Source of the DNA: Epithemia pelagica
Taxonomy: Eukaryota > Protista > Bacillariophyta
NCBI GenBank assembly: GCA_946965045.2
Contig: OX337240.1
Coordinates: 2,046,001 to 2,110,000 of the forward strand
Direction of reading: 5' to 3'
DNA: 64,000 nt
Part shown: positions 36,771-49,789 of the stretch, piece after piece
How positions within the stretch are numbered: the stretch's first letter is position 1
Layout: each line of letters opens with the position of its first letter
Position numbers and translations under genes: made by a program
The notes under the pieces: model-generated
Told to the model about the DNA's origin: nothing
Databases searched by the model: none
Seen by the model: only the letters and a program-made list of their open reading frames with translations

Positions 36771-39724
36771 TTGATTATGCTATCACGTTCGAGGAATTTG
36801 CCAATTTCACACTATCCTGTCCTCGCGTGTTTTCAAGGATGTAAGACTTTTGGTTGCTCAAGTAAAGCTTACATTGAATCGTCTGGACTGTGAAGGCTTG
36901 AAGAAGTTAATGTTCTGTTGTGTCCCGAAAATTAAATGTCCCTGGGGGTGTTCTGCTTTTCTTGTTGATGCCAGGTGCGACCTGTGCAGCCCGAGTCCCG
37001 TTTGGGTTACAGTCTTGCATACCAGTGGCTTCAATCACTTTTGTGACTAGGACGGATGTTGCAGAGGAGGTCGGGATTGCAGAAAACCAAAACCGATGAT
37101 GGGGCTCAGAAGGACGGTTGTGATGGTAACGAAAACAACGGTGATAGCGACGACGAGGATGATTTCGAAAACGACTTGAAGGTTGTGGACTTGGTGGTGC
37201 ATCTCCCTCTATCAAGAAGTTGGAGACGGCTCGAGTGAAGTTGGATAGTCGAGAACAAAGGGAACTGGGGATTGGTCTTCTGAACCATTTGTACACTCGC
37301 TTTAAGGATGGCGTGGTGTTCTTGAAAAACCGCAGTTTCAATGTTTCAAACAGGAATGGAGCCACAACTGCCCATGTCTAACTGGATGAAGACAAAGTCA
37401 TCCTTACTGTTCCACATGATCTGAAAAAAAGAGTGGGGGAAAGATGTATTGTCAGATGAGGAGAGAAAGAAGTTTTTGAATTCCCAAAGCTGTGTATCTC
37501 AATGTGGATGGAGGTACAGAAGGGAAAATAACCAGGACTATTCACAATGCTAGTGGAATGCCAGAATCTCAGGTAAATGTAAGAAGAAGCTTAGAGACCC
37601 TGATATTAAATCTGGAGCAGCAGACTTGTCTCGTTCATTCTGTTTGTTGCTGGACCTGAATTTGGAGACCTACAAGGTCATAGCCATCCACTTTTGGCTG
37701 TTGACTGCAACAAGATCATCCACTTTTGGCTGTTGACTGCAACAAGATTGTAGTACCCAGTAAAACACAATAGTGATCTTCCAAGATGTGGTCCACCAAC
37801 AATCTTTTTGGGATGGACCCCCTGCTTTGGTCTGAAGAACAGAGTTTTGTTTTTGTTGTTCTCTGAGGCAGGGGGCTGGAATGAAAGATTGTAACTTTAG
37901 GTTGTTTTACATAAATCAGATAGATTACAGTGATGATTTCAAATTTGCTTCCTGCAAGGATGGAGGTTGGTTTGTTGGCAAAACAAAGGATCGAGATAAG
38001 ATGTAGGGTCGTCAGGATGTGCATTTTGGATGTGTTCTCTGATGTGATGTCGTGGATGGTTGGGTAGGGGGGCGGAGAAAGACCATGATCAATCGGGACA
38101 AAGGCATTTTTGTCGTGTCTTCTGTCGTGTTGTGTCCGTGGTGTTGGAATGGCAAATGCCTTTTGGCTCCAGTTTCCGACGGGGATGGTGTGGCAGGGGC
38201 TTTCTTCTGATCGTAACGCGATCCGACGGTTGTATGATGTTGTTGTGATGACTGACTTTGCACTTGTTTCCATCAAAGACATCTTCTTGGAAGAGATTGT
38301 CCGAGTTAGGCTCCAAACATTCCACTCCAACAAAAGCCCAAGCATGAATATCTTACAACATATAGCTTGTGGGGATACAACATATACAATCACATATGTC
38401 TATATACCAGGAAGCAGTCCCTTCTTTTCAGGAGCAGAATTTGTCCAACATACGTTGTTATGCAGCTTTCTGTTCAGATCCTTTGAAGCACGAGACGGTG
38501 ACGACAATGAAACTATTACAAAGGAGGAGACCATACACTCCTCTGTAAAGACAGTCATTGGAAAGCATGACCGAGCAGAACCGCCCACCAGATATTACAT
38601 CTTCCTTTCGATCATGTCATTCAAATCTCATATTGATCGTAGATTGGTCATTCACATTTCAATTTTATGGCATCCGATTCCGATGTGAATTGTGACTCGA
38701 CTACTACCTTGACGATCATATACTTTGATCGTTGAGTCCATGACTATGTACCTCACTCGATGAAATAAAGGTGTTCCTATTCATGCAGGTCATGAAGGCA
38801 TTCGAATGCTAGGATGACTTCTCATATAAGTCAAGACGCTGCCAAGAGGCGCAAAGAAGACCACTCTGAACAGCAGGCCACGTCCAAAATTGACGTGAGC
38901 ATGGCTCAGGCAAACTTGTCCTTGCAAGCAGACGAGTCCCTGGCCGACACCAGTATGCAATCATGAGCGAGTCAATGATCAATAGCACAATAAACTTAAC
39001 CAACAATACATTACAACGACAACCACACCCACTCGCACTCTTTCTGAGACATTTGCTTCACACTACCGTACAGGATCTAGAAAACAACGACAACACCTTG
39101 TGTGTTGACGCGAATACTTCCACTAGAAACACCACAACTATCCCAGCAAACCCAGACAACGACGGTGCTTCAGACGCCAACACAACCATTCCACAAACTA
39201 CTATCCCAGTCGAACCATACATTGACGACGCCACGAGCGTTGATGGCCACCAACAACAGACAACTATTCCAGCCAAACTATTCCAGCCAACCCCAACATC
39301 GATGGCGCCTCGAGCACCGACGTTTTGTCACGACAAACTACTATCCAAGCCAACCCGAACAACAACGACGCCACGAGTGTCGATGTGAACCAACAAGAAC
39401 CAACTGGACCCGAAAGGGCCCAACCAATAATCTACACTAGACTAGGTTAAAGGTAGACTAGCTATCACCGACTCGGACCAAGAGTCTATGGAAGAATCAG
39501 AAGTTGACGAGGACAGTGACAAGATGATAGAGTCATTGATCGAGGATGGATTGAAGATGCCGCCAACGCCGCCAACGGATCTGCACGAGATTATCGACTT
39601 GTCACAAGAAAGGAATATGTCACCTTTGGATGGAGTGGGATTATTTTTAAACAGAAATTTAGAAACCAGTCCAGAATTAGAGATGCTTGCTCGGGCGAGA
39701 ATGTCAGACCTTTTTTCCTTTGGT

Positions 39725-39752
39725 GGGTTAGGGTTAGGGTTAGGGTTAGGGT
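39725..39752 (+). repeat. Interstitial telomeric repeat, GGG(TTAGGG)4T
   Basis: gggttagggttagggttagggttagggt. Confidence 0.9.
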
Positions 39753-40014
39753 GCCCTGCATCATGGCATGGAGCAGCCACAGGTAGCAGATAGGGTTCCC
39801 TGCCAACCTGTGCATCCTCTTTACCAGCGAGTATTTGGAAGAGCTTATTTCAAAAGGAGAGCTACTCTCTTTAATTGGGTGTATGGAGTTTTTGCTCTTC
39901 ATATTCAAGAACTGACAGGTGGCTAGAACAACCACTGAATTGTCAGAAAGTCATTTTTGCATTTGGTGATAGTCCATGCTTGGTATCTTTTCTGTTTCTG
40001 TTCAGGATTTGCAA

Positions 40015-40185
40015 CTCAAAAACCTTCCCAATCTTCACCTTTCCCCGATTGGATGCGTGCCACAACGCAAACGTCGACCACGAGTAATCGTGGACTATAC
40101 CTATAGTGGTGTCAACGAAGCTAACGACCGACAGGCCCACGAAGAAGCCATGCAGTTCGGAGGCACTCTCAAACATTTACTGTTC
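40015..40185 (+). mobile_element. DIRS/Ngaro-like (tyrosine-recombinase retrotransposon) RT N-terminal fragment
   Basis: LPNLHLSPIGCVPQRKRRPRVIVDYTYSGVN..EAMQFG. Confidence 0.65.
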
Positions 40186-41094
40186 ATCAACCACAATGTA
40201 TCAAAAATGTTGGAAATTATCCAATTATATGACTACATAACACAGATGGGATATTGTGACACGGTGGTTACGACAGTGCACGAAGTGCTGGTTCATCAGG
40301 TCCGACAGAGTTCAACGATACCATGACCATGTTTTTAAATGTTCCTTTGAATTTTCCTTGAAAGGTGACAGGAGTGAAGTCAGTGAAAAATCAGTTCTAT
40401 TGGATGTTTTTTAATATGTCACCGTGGCAGAAGCATGCTGGACGGCACGGCGAAGCCGGGTGATTTTATCAATCACATGTACGCGGATCTCCGTCTGTTG
40501 GTTGCTCCGTTCCTTCGCTACACAAGCGCCATGTGAGCAAAACCACACAAGCCAGATTTTCAGTGGTGGGGGGTGGAACTGACAAGAAAGGTGGAGCCAA
40601 CATGGTAAGGCCCGCTTTGCTTGATCCGTGGTTTCCCGCATTATTCAGTTTGGTGACACCGTCCTCCACTCCTCTTGGTGATTGTAAGGTTCTACCTGAT
40701 AACGTTGAGGACACTTCAGGAGGTGTCAGAACAACAGTTTTCAGGGCGGGGACAGCTGACGGAGGAGGGGGAGAGCAGGTGGGTCATGGGTGCTGTCGTT
40801 GTCTGTTTGCCCACAAACTTCGGTTGGATAGGAGTTCCAGAATTGTCCGTCACTGAGAGGTTGTCTTGAACACTCACGTTGTCGCTCTTGCCAACTTCTT
40901 GCCTGTACTCCTGCACGTCTTGGAACTCCTCCCAAGCATTGTTTGTGAACTCGTTGGCCTCTGCACCATACTTGGTAAGCATTGCAATATACTTGTTTAT
41001 GGGGATACAAGTATAATGGGAACAGCACTTTTGAAACAGACAGAAGTTGCACCATTTGGAATGCTGGAGTTGTCATGTTTTTTCTTGGTCCCTT

Positions 41095-41371
41095 TTCCAT
41101 CCAACTGCATGAAAACATCGGGGTCCATGTCCGAGTGCATGAAGGCCCCCGGTATGTCAGCGACAGCGATGCATCGTCGTTCCAATGCATCAATTAATGT
41201 GGTGATAAAAACTGCTTCTGTAGATATGGTAGGCGAGGCTGACTCACTCTTTATAATGAATGGTCGTTGCTTGCATCCATCAGTGCATCCTCGGCCTTTA
41301 ATCTTCCCGCAACGTTTTTGTTTTAAGAACATAAGGTAGCCTAAGGCCTGCTTGATCTGGTCCCAAGTCAA
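41095..41371 (-). mobile_element. pol: Copia RT N-terminal fragment
   Basis: ALGYLMFLKQKRCGKIKGRGCTDG..SPTISTEAV..IDALE..DIPGAFMH. Confidence 0.85.
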
Positions 41372-42173
41372 GTCGGATTTGTGTACTGCCTTTAGGATGC
41401 CACGATCTCAACTTAGACCATTGAGTTATGCCATGGAGGTGCACTTGGATTCTAGTTGCATGCGCTTGAGAATATTGGGCAAAACTCGTTGGGCCATAGT
41501 ATCCAAGCAGTCACTGATACCACGTGAACTGAGTACTTAGAGCAAGAGAGGTGCAAATCAAGATTGGGAGGCCCAGGGCTCATGAGATCCATGAGATCGA
41601 CATGAAAGAGGGGGATAACATTCTTGCTAGGTCTAACAGGGTTTTTGTTCAACGACACTCCCCTACCGGGATTTCAAACTACTCCAACAACATAAAGTCA
41701 AGGACAGTTTTCCTTTGCCACCTCTAATGTTCGTATCTTGCTGGCTTGGTTATCACTGTCATTCTGTTGCCCTGTACGTGTCGTCAAATGCTGGGAGTTC
41801 CGATTCAACTGTGGACGGGTTGTGGGCACAGACGTTGGCCGGGGGCCCTCGCTCTCTCTGTGAAACCCATTCTAACCTAAAGAGAAACTCAGTGGACTCT
41901 CGCCAGAGCCATGTTCTTCTCTGTCGGTGCCACTTTTGCACCAAAAAAACCAAAGGCCGCCTATGCGACTTAGTCATGAATAAAATGTAACTCGTGAGTG
42001 GGATGAAGTAACTTAAGCAAGTGATAAACAGTGCCGTCGAGAATCACAATGAAAACAGTCATCGGGCGAAGACATTCTTCAATCTTCTTTTGTCGATGCT
42101 TGTACACAGTGGTCTGCACTATGACAATCTACGGGATTCTCTTGTGAAGGTTGTCGGACGCTATTTTCGTACC

Positions 42174-42529
42174 ATCGCCATGGACCAGTTTGCCAAGCAA
42201 GATGAGATATGGGCAACCTGAAATTACTTAAAAACTTTTCTGACTTCCACCAATCAACCAGGAACAACAACATGAAAGTTTTGGATCCCACTCGTACCTT
42301 GGTGCTAACTCTACAAGAAAGAAACACATCACCTCCCTGTGTGTGGAACAAACACAACAATCAATAAGCAAACGACAAAACAGAGGCCATTGTGGCTAGT
42401 GTGAAGCAGTGGTAAGTCTGCATTGTATTAATTTGTATATAGAACATTCTGACAGACTTGATCACAAAAAAGTGGTTCCAGCAGGTGGTCAAGTTTATAT
42501 CTTCTGGTAAATATCAATGAAACTTCATG
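42174..42529 (+). repeat. 356-bp dispersed repeat, inverted copy of 16675-17030
   Basis: Direct reverse-complement match. Confidence 0.95.
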
Positions 42530-42689
42530 CAGCTAATGCCGTTCTTTAAAGCCATGAACCATAATGGCACGGAGACGGCAGTCCACCTCCCTTCGTCGGG
42601 CCTGTCTCCTAACATATCTCAATCGCCAAAACTACCACCGGTGTCATGCCCACTTGCTTGTCGCTCACTCTACACGTGTCACCGCAGCC

Positions 42690-43060
42690 GTCGCGCTATG
42701 GAACCGGTTGTTGATGAATTTTGTTGCGAAGTGGGAGGAGCCAATGGGCTGCCCGAGGAAACGGGTGCCCGTGGTAAGTTCTGCGGATGATGGATTGTTG
42801 GGAGAAAGGAGTGTCAATGCTTCTTGGAGACAGGTCTGGTGCGCCGTCGGGAGTTGGCCCAGTGGTGACGCATTGGTAGTGGATGTAAGGATTTATGTTT
42901 TTGACAGATTGAGTTGTATTCCCATGGGCTCACCAAGTTGTTGGAATCGCTGGATAAACCATGCAATGTCTTGGTATGGTAGACAGATGGACGTGTCATC
43001 CATGATGGATGCAGTGTGGGCAACGCCGCCTTTGTTGTCGTCGTAGTTGTCGCCGCTGAG
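42690..43060 (-). mobile_element. CRE-like non-LTR RT fragment
   Basis: DDNKGGVAHTASIMDDT..FQQLGEPMGIQLNLSKT..GTRFLGQPIGSSHFA; not called in the supplied ORF track. Confidence 0.6.
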
Positions 43061-43769
43061 GTTTCATATATCCTTAACTTCTGTTTACTTTTAATGTTGG
43101 GAAAAATTGTGACCCGAAAATCTAATGAAGTGACAATGGTGCAGCTTCGACAGGTTGTAGAAAATTCAATTTTCAGTCTTTTTGTCATCGGACAAAACAG
43201 GGTGCTGGATTGGTTACTCAACAGATAGATGAAAGTGCTCTGTGACAATTTCATTGGAAATTGGGTTAATAGGACCTTAACCAAACCGGATGGTCTGTTA
43301 GAAGCAAATTTTGGGTCTTATACGAAGCATTCATTATTTCAGAGTAAATTTTGGGTTTCCGATGTGGTACTGGGGAAATTTAGAACAAAATAAGTACTCA
43401 TGGTGGTTGTTGAGTGGCTAGTCCTTCTTATCCAAGTTATGAGCTCTATTGAGCACTCCATTAATCCCATCAGAGGGTATGTGACTAACTATCATCCAGG
43501 ACCACAGCCTTCCGTGGTTTCATGTCCAATATTGTCCATCTTTTGTGTAGCCAGTTGACAAGTTGAAACTTTTACAAAAGTTGTACAAAGAAGACCCTGC
43601 TTGGTGTCAAGCGCACCAAATTAATGAGGACATTGATACAGATGGAGTAGAACAATACAAGTATTCAGGTTGTGCAAACAAAAAGAGACGTGGTATGAGT
43701 GATATTGGTCTTGATCGTCTTGATGAATTGCAGCAGAAGGTGAGGGATGATCGAGAATATGTATCAGTT

Positions 43770-44230
43770 GATGGACTGTTTCAGAGACAAAATGTGTTCA
43801 TGGAGAATCTTCTTAAGAAAATCGGGAGAGGATGGGATATGTGGACAGTGCTGATCAAGATCAACCGCAGCAGAAAAAGCGGAGGAAGCACGGACTCTGG
43901 TTTTTTTAAATAGTATCTCTTCATTAGCTTCTGTGCATGTTGTCACATTCTTCTGTGGATGGTATTGATTGTGTTGTGAAATGAGTTACCATAAGTGTGT
44001 GGCTTCTGCTGGTGCTTTTGGAGCCTGAGATGCAAAAGGTGGGTGGCTTCTGCCGGTGCTTTTGGAGCCTGAGATGCAAAAGGTGGGTGGCTTCTGCCAG
44101 TGCTTTCGGAGCATGGGATGCTAATGGTGTGTGGCTTCCGCTGGTGCTTTCGGAGCATGGGATGCAAAAGGTGAGTGGCTTCCGCTGGTGTCATTGGAGA
44201 ATGGGATAGGAGAGATTGGGGGTTTGCCCT
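43770..44230 (-). repeat. Dispersed repeat with internal ~44-bp minisatellite, inverted relative of ~52670-52965
   Basis: Shared gcacagaagctaatgaagaga.actattt, ccgctttttctgctgcggt, ccacatatcccatcctctcccgat and agaagccacccacc units. Confidence 0.8.
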
Positions 44231-44552
44231 TGTGTTATTGCACCTGTGGAGAGGGTGTATAGATGCCTTGTTCTGATGAGGTTGGTACTTTGTGTTCAGA
44301 GTGTTTTGGACGTGGAGGGCAAGGTCAGTGTGCTTAGAAGGTAAGTTCTCTGTGCGTGGAAGATGGGAGTGTGCGTGCGTGGAAGCTAGGGTCGCCGTGA
44401 ATGTGTATGATGTTGTATGTGCGTGGTGGTGGTGGGGATGAGTCAAAATGGTGTAAATCCGTATAAAAAAACCGGGTACAAAAAATGGCGCATACGCACA
44501 GCGCGTATGGGGTGTGCGTTTTGGGGGCGCGTGATGCTGCCCTTAGACGAAG

Positions 44553-44706
44553 TAAAGTTGACAGCAATACGGCACAGATGTCCATATTTTGTGTAGCCAG
44601 TTGACAAGTTGAAAAGTAAAAATGACAGCAATACAGCACAGATGTCCATCTTTTGTGTAGCCAGTTGACAAGTTGAAAAGTAAAGTTGACAGCAATACGG
44701 CACAGA
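44553..44706. repeat. Tandem ~63-bp repeat; partial third copy at ~43530-43568
   Basis: tttgtgtagccagttgacaagttgaaa recurs. Confidence 0.9.
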
Positions 44707-44769
44707 CAGCCAACAATATGGCACAGATAGCCAACACTACCTTTCGCAGTGGTGTAGAGAATGGTTCTG

Positions 44770-45371
44770 GTACCGTTGCAAGTGACACATCAGCTGCGAT
44801 GGTCATGCCTCCTGGAATCTTTTGCATCATGGTGCTCAGCTCTAGTTGACACTGTTTGTCAATCACCATGACGAAGCGCTTGTAGATTGTGTCTGGGTGG
44901 TGGGGCACAAACTTTATAATACCCTTACCAAACCGTGTGATGAGTTCGTCTTGGACGAAGGGGTCCAATAGACGTTGCATGGGCTCAAAGCGTGCGAGGG
45001 TAGTTTCGACCGACTTCGTGATGAGACGATTGGCCCTCTATTCTGTCAGAACAGTACCAAAACTCTGTATGGACGACTGGTGTTTCTTGCGACCTGCTTT
45101 ATCTCCTGATTTGGACCTGGTCTTGTCAGGATACAGAACTTGATGCACCTGAAGACTCTGATGCTATCACCCTCACTTGGCTGAGTGGACCACCAACAAT
45201 CAAACCCAATTGTTTCTTGGTACGCTTATTAGCTTGAGTTTGGCCATCACAGAGTTGGAGAATTTCAGTAGGAGCATTCTTGCATTTCTGAACGATGTGA
45301 TCAGATGCAACACTTGCATTGAAAGTCTTCCAATTTTTGTACATCTTGCAATGGATGCACACAATCTTCAA
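44770..45371 (-). pseudogene. hAT-like transposase remnant with BED zinc finger
   Basis: VCIHC..NASVASDHIVQKC (BED-like), QSSIQSF, LDPFVQ and MTIAAD (first catalytic Asp position); frameshifted. Confidence 0.5.
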
Positions 45372-46214
45372 GTTTCCTTCTCGATCCGGGTCAGGGGAAA
45401 TCTCAAACTGCTCTCGGATGTATTGATTGGGGGATCCTTCCGTGATGGTGTTGGCTTCGTTGCCCGGTGTTGTCGTTGTATTGGTGGAGTCTTCGTACTG
45501 GTTTTTGTGGTTGTTGGGGTCGATTTTTCTGTGGTTTTGTTTGTATTTTTGGTGCTTTTGGTGTTGTTGTCGGTGGATTTGGTGTTATGGGTGGGTTGTG
45601 TGGTTGCGGTGGAGTCGCCGTGGGGGCCTCGCTCGGGAGTGATGGCATGGGTTTTTTGTCTTGGTTCGGGTGGTGGGACAGAGGGATTTCCTTTTCGGTT
45701 TGGCTTGTGCCTGCAGTGCTGAGGCCGGCTTTGGCCGTTCCAAAGGCACCCGTGGTGGTGGGCATTCCACGGATGGTCTTGCGGCCTTGGACTGGCTTGG
45801 AGTAGACGTGCATCTTAGTGTACATGTATCTTGGGCTTGGTCGGTGGTTGTTGGCTTTGGGCAGCTGGCTGGGCGGCTGGGGGCTCCGGAGGGGACAGAC
45901 GAAAACGCTTGTTTTTCGAGATTGTGAGTTCTTGTTTGTCGTGTGATTGGCAGGGGTCATTTGGTGTTGGGTGAGGAGGGCCATCCGTTTGGGTAGCGGT
46001 TGATTTCATTGTTGGTTGTTTGTTCGCCATTGAGGGAGTGGGTTGGCCTTGGAGGGGAGTGGTTTGAGTTCTTCACTGGGAAAATGGTGAAATCCAATTC
46101 GTCTTCGCAATTTGCCCGTGCAACCCGACACCGCGATGTGTTTTCCTGCCCATTGAGTGCTTTAGCGATCTACCTGGTATACCGATTTTCCACCAACGTT
46201 AAGTTCACCCCAGA

Positions 46215-46870
46215 TTTCCGGCCCATGAAATCCGCATCCACATAACAATCAACCTTGAAGGCGGTCGTCGGCCAGAAGATCGTTCCACAATCCACAGTTC
46301 GCCAAAGGTACCTAAAAATCATCTTGATCGCTTGGTCGTGAGATTGCTTCGGGTTTGTCAAGAAACGGGCGACTTGAGAGACAGCGAAGCTGATGTCTGG
46401 TCGTGCGTTGGTAGAAAGGTAGAGGAGCATCCCAAAGATGGAACGATAGTTCTACTTTTCCTTCATCAGTGGGCTGTCGGGATCACTACCAAGACACACT
46501 TGGGAGGCTGGCACAAAGTTGCCATTGAAATTGGTCATTCCTGTGGCTTCGACAATTTTCTTGATGAGCCCTGGTTGAGTCATCGTGATTGTACCATCCT
46601 TGCGAGTAAAGTGGATCCCCAAATACTCGGCAAAGTCACTATCCACGGAGAGTTTGAAACCACGGGTCTTGAGTCGTTCAACAAATTGGTTGATCACATC
46701 CATCGTTGGAGCAATAATGCCACAATCATCCACCCAGAGGAAAACCATCATATTTTCTTTGAGAAAGACACATTCATCGTACTTGCTCTGGGTGAATCCA
46801 TCGTCGAGTAAGGCTTGACGGAGACGCTGGTACCACAAGGGAGGAGCAACCGAGAGTCCATAGAGAGCAA
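46215..46870 (-). mobile_element. pol: Copia RT plus RNase H start
   Basis: FLWVDDCGI, AEYLGI, MLLYLSTNARPDISFAVSQVARF and DCYVDADF. Confidence 0.9.
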
Positions 46871-47777
46871 CACAGGCGCCATGGTCATTGAGAAAGTGCC
46901 ATCCATTGATGGAGGCATTTTTCTCGATGTAGCACGTAGCACACAACATCTCGAGACCGATGGACGTTGCGATTTGCTCCATCAATTTGGACTCTCTACC
47001 CCTTCTACTTTGTAGCATTTCAGTTTCGGACTTACTTGAGTGTACCCAGGTCTCAGATTGACCACAGGTGCCATGGTGTTCATTCGTCGACCAAAAGAAC
47101 AATCACAAAGCAGAGACACGAACCCAAAGCCACACAGATGATCTAATCTTTAACCCCATCAGATGATCCAATCTTTAACCCCATCCTACTTTGGCGGGTC
47201 CTGCGCCGCATTCTCCACTACCGTTCCAATGCACCACCCACGACACCGGTGAATTGTTGGTTCAACCCAAAAGAACAACAAGCGAAACCCCGTTTCTGAT
47301 TTCATCCGATAAGAAGACGTACGAGATCTCCTTCGCTCAACTTGTGTCAAAGGTGGTGGCCAAGCCGTCTTCGGCTATCCACCGCACACGATTGCAGACT
47401 CACAAGTACGAGGTGACCGATCTTCAGTTTCGAGTACGCTTCTACTTCTTGGTCGTTAAGGGCCCCTATGGGCATGCGATGCGCACTTTGGAAGAAGAGT
47501 TCAAGTGTAATCGCTTGGACTTGTTTAATATGTCCACTCAAGAACTGTTCATTTCCATGCATCAGTTCTTCCTTTTCTTTTTATAGTTTCTTGACTCTTT
47601 CGATCATAATCTTGACCAACACTGGATGCTTCGGTCCCAAAAGTGAATAGCTCTCCCACGGCTTGCTCAATCGTATGAACACCATCTTTTCACATAATCC
47701 AAAATTCTTTGATGGATACCTTCTCTCCCCGATGGCGCATGAAAATCCGAATTCGTTGTGGTTGAGTGGTCAGCCCC

Positions 47778-47876
47778 TTTCCCAAGTAGCGGAGGCACTT
47801 CCAGATTAAAGGATGCTATATACGCCGTGTGATATGGCGTCTTGTCTCTCACTTTGGCAGTGGTGGCACGTTGATT
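47778..47876 (-). pseudogene. Second copy of the conserved unknown ORF at 22031-22129
   Basis: 31 of 33 amino acids identical; cut off next to a (GA)n tract. Confidence 0.6.
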
Positions 47877-47881
47877 GGAGC

Positions 47882-47906
47882 GAGAGAGAGAGAGAGAGAG
47901 AGAGAG
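47882..47906 (+). repeat. (GA)n microsatellite
   Basis: Directly visible. Confidence 0.95.
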
Positions 47907-48564
47907 TTCTTCAGCCGTGTTGGGGAAGAACAATTGAGGAGACGTCGACGATAGCCAAGAGGGTGGTGGGGGAGCAGGGGTGGGAGCAGCGGTAGGTGAC
48001 GGAGCTGGCACAGGAGGATCGGACATCAAAGCACGAACTCTCCCACAACGGACGAAGTGCATCTTTGGACCACTTTCGACGCTCCTCCACGGACAAAGAC
48101 ACATGATGGTGGGTGAACCGACGGCGGTTGCAACCCAGGGACGATAAACGATCAAATTACATGAAGCAATACTGATGGTTGTCCCACTTGGGGATAGGGA
48201 CATCGTCTGCCACGGTCTGGCACACTTCCAAACAAATTGCCTCGGACCTTACCACCCTAAAAAATCTTCCCATCTCCACCAACCTTCCGAGCTCATATCC
48301 TGCCCGCATCCATCCCTATGAAGCCCTTTTCCAGCACCCTTTCTTTTCCCTCACAACCAAGCTTTTTTTTGATGTGCTTCTTGGTCGCTAATGGATTCGG
48401 CAAGTTGGCGAAGTTGTTGTTGGAGATAGTCCGGAGAGTCATCCTCTTGTCCGCAGTTTCGGTCGAATAAAATTTCTTCGAGAGTCGAGGGAGGTGAAGA
48501 TGTTGGTATTGTGGCGTCAGGGGAGTCAGGATTGGTCGTTCATTCTTCTATGGGTACACAAAAT

Positions 48565-48780
48565 AATGAGGATCCCGACGGTGTTCTCAAGTGGTGGGCA
48601 GACGCATCATATGCGACCCACGAGGACTCCAAGGGACACAGTGGTGGTTGTATGAGTATGGGTCGTGGTGTCGCACACATGATCTCAACAAAACAAAAGT
48701 AAGTATCGCGCAGTTCGACCGAAAGCGAATTGATTGGAATCCATGACGTGTTACCTTCGTTGATATGGAGCCAGCATCTC
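48565..48780 (+). mobile_element. pol: Copia RNase H fragment
   Basis: KWWADASYATHEDSKGHSGG.MSMGRG..STKQK*VSRSSTESELIGIHDVLP. Confidence 0.85.
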
Positions 48781-48799
48781 ACATCGCTGGATCCGACAA

Positions 48800-49190
48800 C
48801 CACAACGCCGAGCTTCTGTTGTCACGCCCGTCCCATACTCGGAGGGAAAGACTTTGGGGTTACATCTACCATGAATTTGAGCGTTGATCTGATGAACGCC
48901 ACACATTACAATGCTTCGGATGCATCGGTTAGTTTTGTCATATGGACAGAAATTTCTCCGAACACAACAGAGGGATGGTACTTTGTCTTACCAAATGTGC
49001 TTATCAAGAAGAATGGTCATACATACATGGGTCTATGCATCCGGTTATTCCATGGTGTTTCCATCATGTGGGATGAACGAATTATCAGACATGGAGCTTC
49101 CATACACTCCACTACACCAAATTCAGACGGTACCCCAAACTATACTATGGGGTGGTTCTGGGGGACAAACACAAAGATTATCTTAACCAG
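48800..49190 (+). pseudogene. TET/JBP-like 2OG-Fe(II) dioxygenase C-terminal remnant
   Basis: NLSVDLMNATHY(N)ASDASVSFVIW..GWYFVLPNV..GLCIRLFHG..WDERIIRH. HYN is one G>A change from HxD; distal His at 49090-49092. Confidence 0.5.
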
Positions 49191-49789
49191 TAGAAACGGG
49201 GGAGACAACAACGCTATCAATGACGTTTGAGATTGCATCAAAACAATATCAGAATAAGACCATGTAGTTGAAAAAATCACCCATATCTGCTGAAAGCAAT
49301 CAATCTGACCATTCGCGGGCATCTACAATGCAAGATGAAGGAATCCACCTATCCATTCCAATTGATCCAAGATCACTTCGATGTCCAATGAAATCCTCAC
49401 CCATTTTCACAACAGCCTGTCATATCATCAAGAGAACCTGTTTTGGGAAACTGTTGACTCCCTCCCAATTGGGTATCTCAAGTTTAAAGTGAAGAAATTT
49501 TGTTTTGTTATTCATGGGTTTCTGGCGTCTTATGTTTGTGTACTTCAGAGTTGATGTAATCGATGAGAAACGAGAAGACGGATATGGCAAACAAGGAATG
49601 ATAGAGAAATTTGAAAAGATAAACAATTTGATAAGATAAACAATCTATGCGAGCGAATTAAGGATTGTCAGGCAAGTATGGGAATCAATGATTTCGAGAA
49701 GAAGAAGATGACAGAGCGCCTCCAGACTGGTTTCGTTGGTACTTTACTTGCATCTGAAGAAGAATCATATCAAGAAAACATTGAAGTCC

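Noticed and set aside
36820-36965. KIKCPWGCSAF resembling an N-terminal motif I recall from diatom Helitron proteins
   Set aside because: A single short motif recalled from memory; no Rep or helicase nearby.
44450-44545. Possible Harbinger-type terminus (gatgctgccc followed by tta)
   Set aside because: No matching opposite TIR found in the window.
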